From: Leucoraja ocellata
Taxonomy: Eukaryota
NCBI GenBank assembly: GCA_036785375.1
Contig: JAWMAR010000033.1
Location: 7,254,001-7,318,000 of the forward strand
Direction of reading: 5' to 3'
DNA length: 64,000 nt
This document shows, piece after piece, positions 59,540 to 64,000 of this stretch. How positions within the stretch are numbered: the stretch's first letter is position 1; each line of letters starts with the position of its first letter. Under the pieces are notes generated by a model, which was not told where the DNA came from, did not search any database, and was given only the letters and a program-made list of their open reading frames with translations. The position numbers and the translations under genes are program-made.

Positions 59540-60050
59540 CATAGAGAGGAGTGAGGGGGTGGAGATGGAGATTTGGCAGTGGTTGTGGTAATGGAGAGAA
59601 AAGAAAGGGGGAGGGGAGGGAAATGGGAGGAGGAGGAGGAGGGGAGGGAATGGAAGGGGGAGATGAGGGGAAAAGAGGAGGAGGGGAAGATAGAGGAGCA
59701 GGGAAGATAAAGAGGGGAGGGAAATGAAAGGAGGAGGGGGAAGAGGAGATGGGGAAGGAGGGAAAGGGGGAGGGGAGAATGGGAGGGGGGAGTGAAGGAG
59801 GGGGATAGGAGGCGGGGTTGCAGGAGGAGGAAGGAGAATGGAGGGGATAGAAGAAGAGGGGAGGAGGAGGAATACAAAGGGGATGGAAGAATAGGAAGTG
59901 GGAAGGGGAATGGGTGGATGGAGGGGATAGGAGGGGGAATAAGAGTGGAGGGGTTAGAAGAGAGGGAGGGGCATAGGAGGAGAGAGAGCAGAAGATAAGG
60001 TGGGAAGAATGCGATAATTAGGAGAGGAGAGTAAAGGAAAGGAGAATTGG
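59540..60050. repeat. Polypurine low-complexity tract
   Basis: About 500 nt almost exclusively G/A on the plus strand. Confidence 0.9.
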
Positions 60051-61244
60051 GTAGAATAACCTGGTAAATAAATGTCCAATCATACAAATTGCTGAATAAA
60101 TATTGGAACATACAATAATTAACTATTTAAAACAATTATCTGACCAGAAGAGGAATCATTCCGTGAAATCAGAAGTTATAGATTGGCCCTGGATTTAAAA
60201 TTGTATCATGAAGAATACAACCTGAAAACACAAAGTGCTAGAGGAACTCAGTGGGTCAGGCGTCATCTGGGAAGGGAATGGACAGGCGATGTTTTGTATC
60301 AGGACCCTCTTCATACTTTCCTTCCACTGATGCTGCCTGACCCACTGAGTTTCTCCAGAACTTTGTGTTTTGCTCAAGATTCCATTATCTGTAGTTCCTT
60401 GTGGCTCCAACTTAAAACACTTGCTCAGTGGCGTGTCAACTGATAAGTTTGTTTTCAGATTTCTAGAGTGGAATGTAACATCTCTGCCTTATGACTCAGT
60501 AGCAAGAGTGTTAGCTACTCAGCCAGCATTCACATACTGATCATCTGTGGCTGTCTCTGGTTCAATACATGGCCCACTCTCAGACCTTTTGTTGACCTGC
60601 TCTTCAGTTAAATGCATACTCGATTTCCTGTAAATATAAACAACTAGTTATCATTAGCTCTTCTAACACAGCATGGCTGTACTTGGAGTAAGTTGTGTTA
60701 TTTTTGAAGTTGTACAAAGTGTTCCATTCTTGGACATTGATAGATGGTTTGGAGTGTAACATTAGTTTCATTATACAATGCATAAATTCATACATTTTTC
60801 TATTGAAAAAATATATTTTCCATCAATGAAAACTTACAATCTTCCAATAGTGAATATTATTGGAATTCAGGCAATATATTTACATTATGTCAAATGACAT
60901 TTTTCAGCCCCAAATATTCTACTATGGAAATACTTGAGAGGTGACTGTGTGGAGGGTTGAGCACCTTAATAACCACAGCTGGAATAATCTTATACTGTGT
61001 CCTTTCCCCTCAAAATATATGTGGCAGCTATAACTAAGTTCAGTGTGTCCCTCAACATATTTATTTAACAATCTAGGCCATTCCAGACATCGACTTTATA
61101 CCAACTCACAAGGCAATCCAATTCCAGCACAATGACTTTTGCCCTATGACCTATTCGCTCCACATTCCATTCAATTTCTCCCAGATTCTACCAGTCGCCT
61201 ACATACTAGAAGGAATTCACAGTGGCCAATTAACCTGTAGCATA

Positions 61245-62450
61245 TAAATGAATACAGATGATTGAGTAAAATGCATCATGAGTTTTATTACATAGTGTGT
61301 AAATGAAGACAGATGTTCTGTGGGTGTTAAGTATGAATTATTTGATTAAAATGTAAGTGCAGGCAGATGTTCTCTGGTTGTAAAGTCAGCACCGTTTAGC
61401 AGCAGTAACTGCAGTAGGATGTTTTGGCTTACAGTGAGTTCCTTCATGTAGTGCTTGAATGCAGACAGATGTTCTGGATTGTAAAGTGTAAGCTGTATTA
61501 TGCAATATATAAGGGCATATGGAAATTATAGTGTGCGCACAGATCTGTTATACAGCAAAAGAAAACAAACTGATGGAGGAACTCTGGGTCAGGCAGCATC
61601 TGTGGGGGGGAAATCGACCAACGACATTTTGGGTTGAGACCCATCTTCAAGACTGCGGAAGAAAGATAGATGGTAAAAAGAGGCAATGAGATGGCCTGAG
61701 ACAGCTGGCAAATGAGAGGTGGGGACACAAGAGATGCAGATGCTGGAATATTGAGCAGAAGGAAACAAAATGCTGGAATAACTCAGCTGGTAAGGCAGTT
61801 TCTGAGGGAAATGGGCAGCCAATGTATCTGGTCAGGATCCTTCTTCAGGGTCTGCAGAAGGCACATGGTCCAAAATGTCGTCTCTCTATTCCATAGATGC
61901 TCAGTGACAAGCTGAGTTCCTGCAATACTTAGTCTCCCCCCCCCCCCCCCCCCCCCCACAACATCGGGAACATGTTCCCTGTAGCGTGTCCAAGCCCTTA
62001 AAAATCATATATGTTTCAATGAGATACCCTCTCATCCTTCTAAACTCCAGAGTGTACAAGCCCAGCTGCTCCATTCTCTCGGCACATGAGCATTTGCTCA
62101 GCATTTTCCAGCATCTGCAATCTCTTGTGTCTCTATTATGCAGCATGCAGAGAGATGTTCTGGGCTGGTAAAATGTGAGTTCTATCAAGTAGTATCTAAG
62201 TACAGACAAGTGTTCTGGGTTCATAGCCAATGAGTACCATCAGGCCACAATGTTCTGGGGTCATAAACATCAGTTTTATTATATAGTGAGTAAGTGCAGG
62301 CGAATGTTCTAAGGTCATAATGTGAGTATGTTAATAGACAGATTTTCCTGTCTTTCATGCAGTGCGCTCCAGATAACGATATTCATATGTTCTGGTCGGC
62401 TACGAGTGAGTTCAGTTATCAGTGTGTGAGTAACACCAATGTTCTTGGGT
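61245..62450. repeat. Old diverged ~50-55 bp tandem repeat (core CAGATGTTCTGG), interrupted by younger repeats at about 61550-62135
   Basis: TGTTCT core at about 61314, 61368, 61470, 62156, 62211, 62251, 62304, 62388 and 62440. Confidence 0.6.
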
Positions 62451-63073
62451 AATTATGTCTCACATGTGCATGCAAGTGTGCTGGGTCTTTACGACCCAGC
62501 AAATTCCATTACACCTTCTATAACTGAAGACAAGGCAGCTTTTGGTCCGTTTCCTCCCCGCTGACTCTGCAGCAGTTTGCGCAGAACATCGAACGATAAC
62601 AGTGCAGGAACAAAGGTTTTGGAAAAATAGTTTGGCATTCCTTAATTCTGAAATGATCAATAGCTTGCAATGTTAACTATTATGCTTGAAATATTTGCAA
62701 TTATGCTTGTGATGTTTTATTTAATGCCCTCTCAAGTCTTTGTCTTGCCCATGTAAAGCAAATGCTAAAAATGTTTACAAATTTATTAAAGCAAATATTT
62801 TTATTTTATGCCCTCGTCTGTCTTTCCCATGTGTTGAAGCCAAACTGCTAAAACAACTGCAAAAACAATTTGTTTTGCTTAATACTCTGATTGTGAAGAG
62901 GGAAGTAGTAGCTCAAGTGATGTAACCACAACTGTCACCATTCTTTGCATTTCGATATAACCATATTGTGATAAAAAATATCTTGATTATTTCAATGTCA
63001 TGAGTTGGTTAGAAGTGCTAGTCAGAAAGTACCAAAAAAACCCCATCTTTTATTCCATCATTTCCCTGTCACT

Positions 63074-63675
63074 TTAATTCAAAAATGGCACAACAGAAGA
63101 AAATGACAACCTCTCTAACAACTGAATTTTTAAATCGTCATCATCCACTTTATGCCAAGCATATTTCAGGTTGTTAACATCTGGAGGGAACTGGTTGTAC
63201 ACAGTTTCCATCTGGGCCACGGTGACTAGCACATTGAAACAAACACCATCTGTCTTCCCAGGAATTCCACCGGTGTGCTGTAATCCCAAGATTCCATGAG
63301 TTTTCACCTTCACTTGCGAGTCCCTCAAGCATTCCTTGATCAGTCTGTGGATGGCCACTTCTACGCTGCAAGATAGATCAGCCGAGGATGTGCCACAAAC
63401 CGTCACGGGGAAATGAGGATAGCCCTGATTGTTGGTCAACAGCCATAGTTCGTTACTTTTGTTGAGAAAGGCAGATACCACCCGGTGACACACAACTGAG
63501 CATGGCAACTCAACAGGCATGGTCACTGGATGAGAAGCTCTCTCTTTATGTTTGACAGCAAATGAGATTAAGTTTAAGATGTCTCTGGCTCTCAGTGGAA
63601 GGGGCGACACTCTGTCCCACCATCTTGCCTGCAAGGATTCTGCATCGCTCTCTGATGTAGTTTTCATGTTCCCTC
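63074..63675 (-). CDS. NUDT18: 8-oxo-dGDP phosphatase NUDT18, terminal exon (upstream exons lie beyond the window)
   Basis: GGNMKTTSESDAESLQARW...PLRARDIL..HPVTMPVELPCSVVCHR...GILGLQHTG..DGVCFNVLVTV..SSVVP matches the NUDT18 C-terminal region; acceptor TTTCTAG; AATAAA at 63054-63049. Confidence 0.93.
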
Positions 63676-64000
63676 CTAGAAATAAACAACACCACTTAAT
63701 GTCAGCATTAGCCACATCAACTAATAACCGATGCTGACCCAATTTTTGTTGAGGTGACTAGAAGCGTATATTGGAAACGCACGATCAGTTGCCTATGAAA
63801 ACTATATAAATAATAAAATTGAAGCCTAATGTTGATCCTTTTTTAGGTCCCTACATTGACTTACAAATATGGTGCAGAAATGATCATGGGCTATAGGTAT
63901 CAATAACAAAAGTCGTTAACTCAATTAGTTATGTCATTGAACTAACTTATGAAAATTCATAGATCAAAGATCATCAAGGCCAAATTCATAATTAGGAATA

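Noticed and set aside
59476-60111. 211-aa minus-strand ORF
   Set aside because: Translation of the polypurine tract; no domain.
61245-62450. CRISPR-like repeat-spacer array
   Set aside because: Vertebrate context, short degenerate repeats, related spacers, no cas genes.

Overview
Eukaryotic, intron-rich vertebrate DNA, most likely from a cartilaginous fish (skate/ray-like), judged from V-SINE/HE1-type, CR1/HER1-type and Penelope-type repeats. Five protein genes can be reconstructed by hand. (1) CDCA2/Repo-Man, minus strand, 14 coding exons 26991->5813, about 1308 aa, with PP1 KVTF and PP2A-B56 LSPIxE motifs and apparently a degenerate Ki-67-type FHA N-terminus. (2) DDX56, minus strand, 14 exons 42802->29805, 551 aa. 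(3) A solitary histone H2B with a 3' stem-loop, plus strand, 47557-47931. (4) A 3-exon Myb/SANT-like (Harbinger-type) gene, minus strand, 59123->54296, 412 aa. (5) The last exon of NUDT18, minus strand, 63675->63074. The most striking signal is a 125-140 bp retroelement present twice (1252, 56151). Each copy has a target-site duplication and an (AAG)n tail, and its first 54 nt fold into a minimal HDV-like ribozyme whose predicted cleavage site coincides with the element's 5' end. The abundant Penelope-type terminal repeats also carry minimal hammerhead cores and often insert as fold-back hairpins with 11-14 bp duplications. Exon models and folds were read by eye; no alignments or database searches were run.
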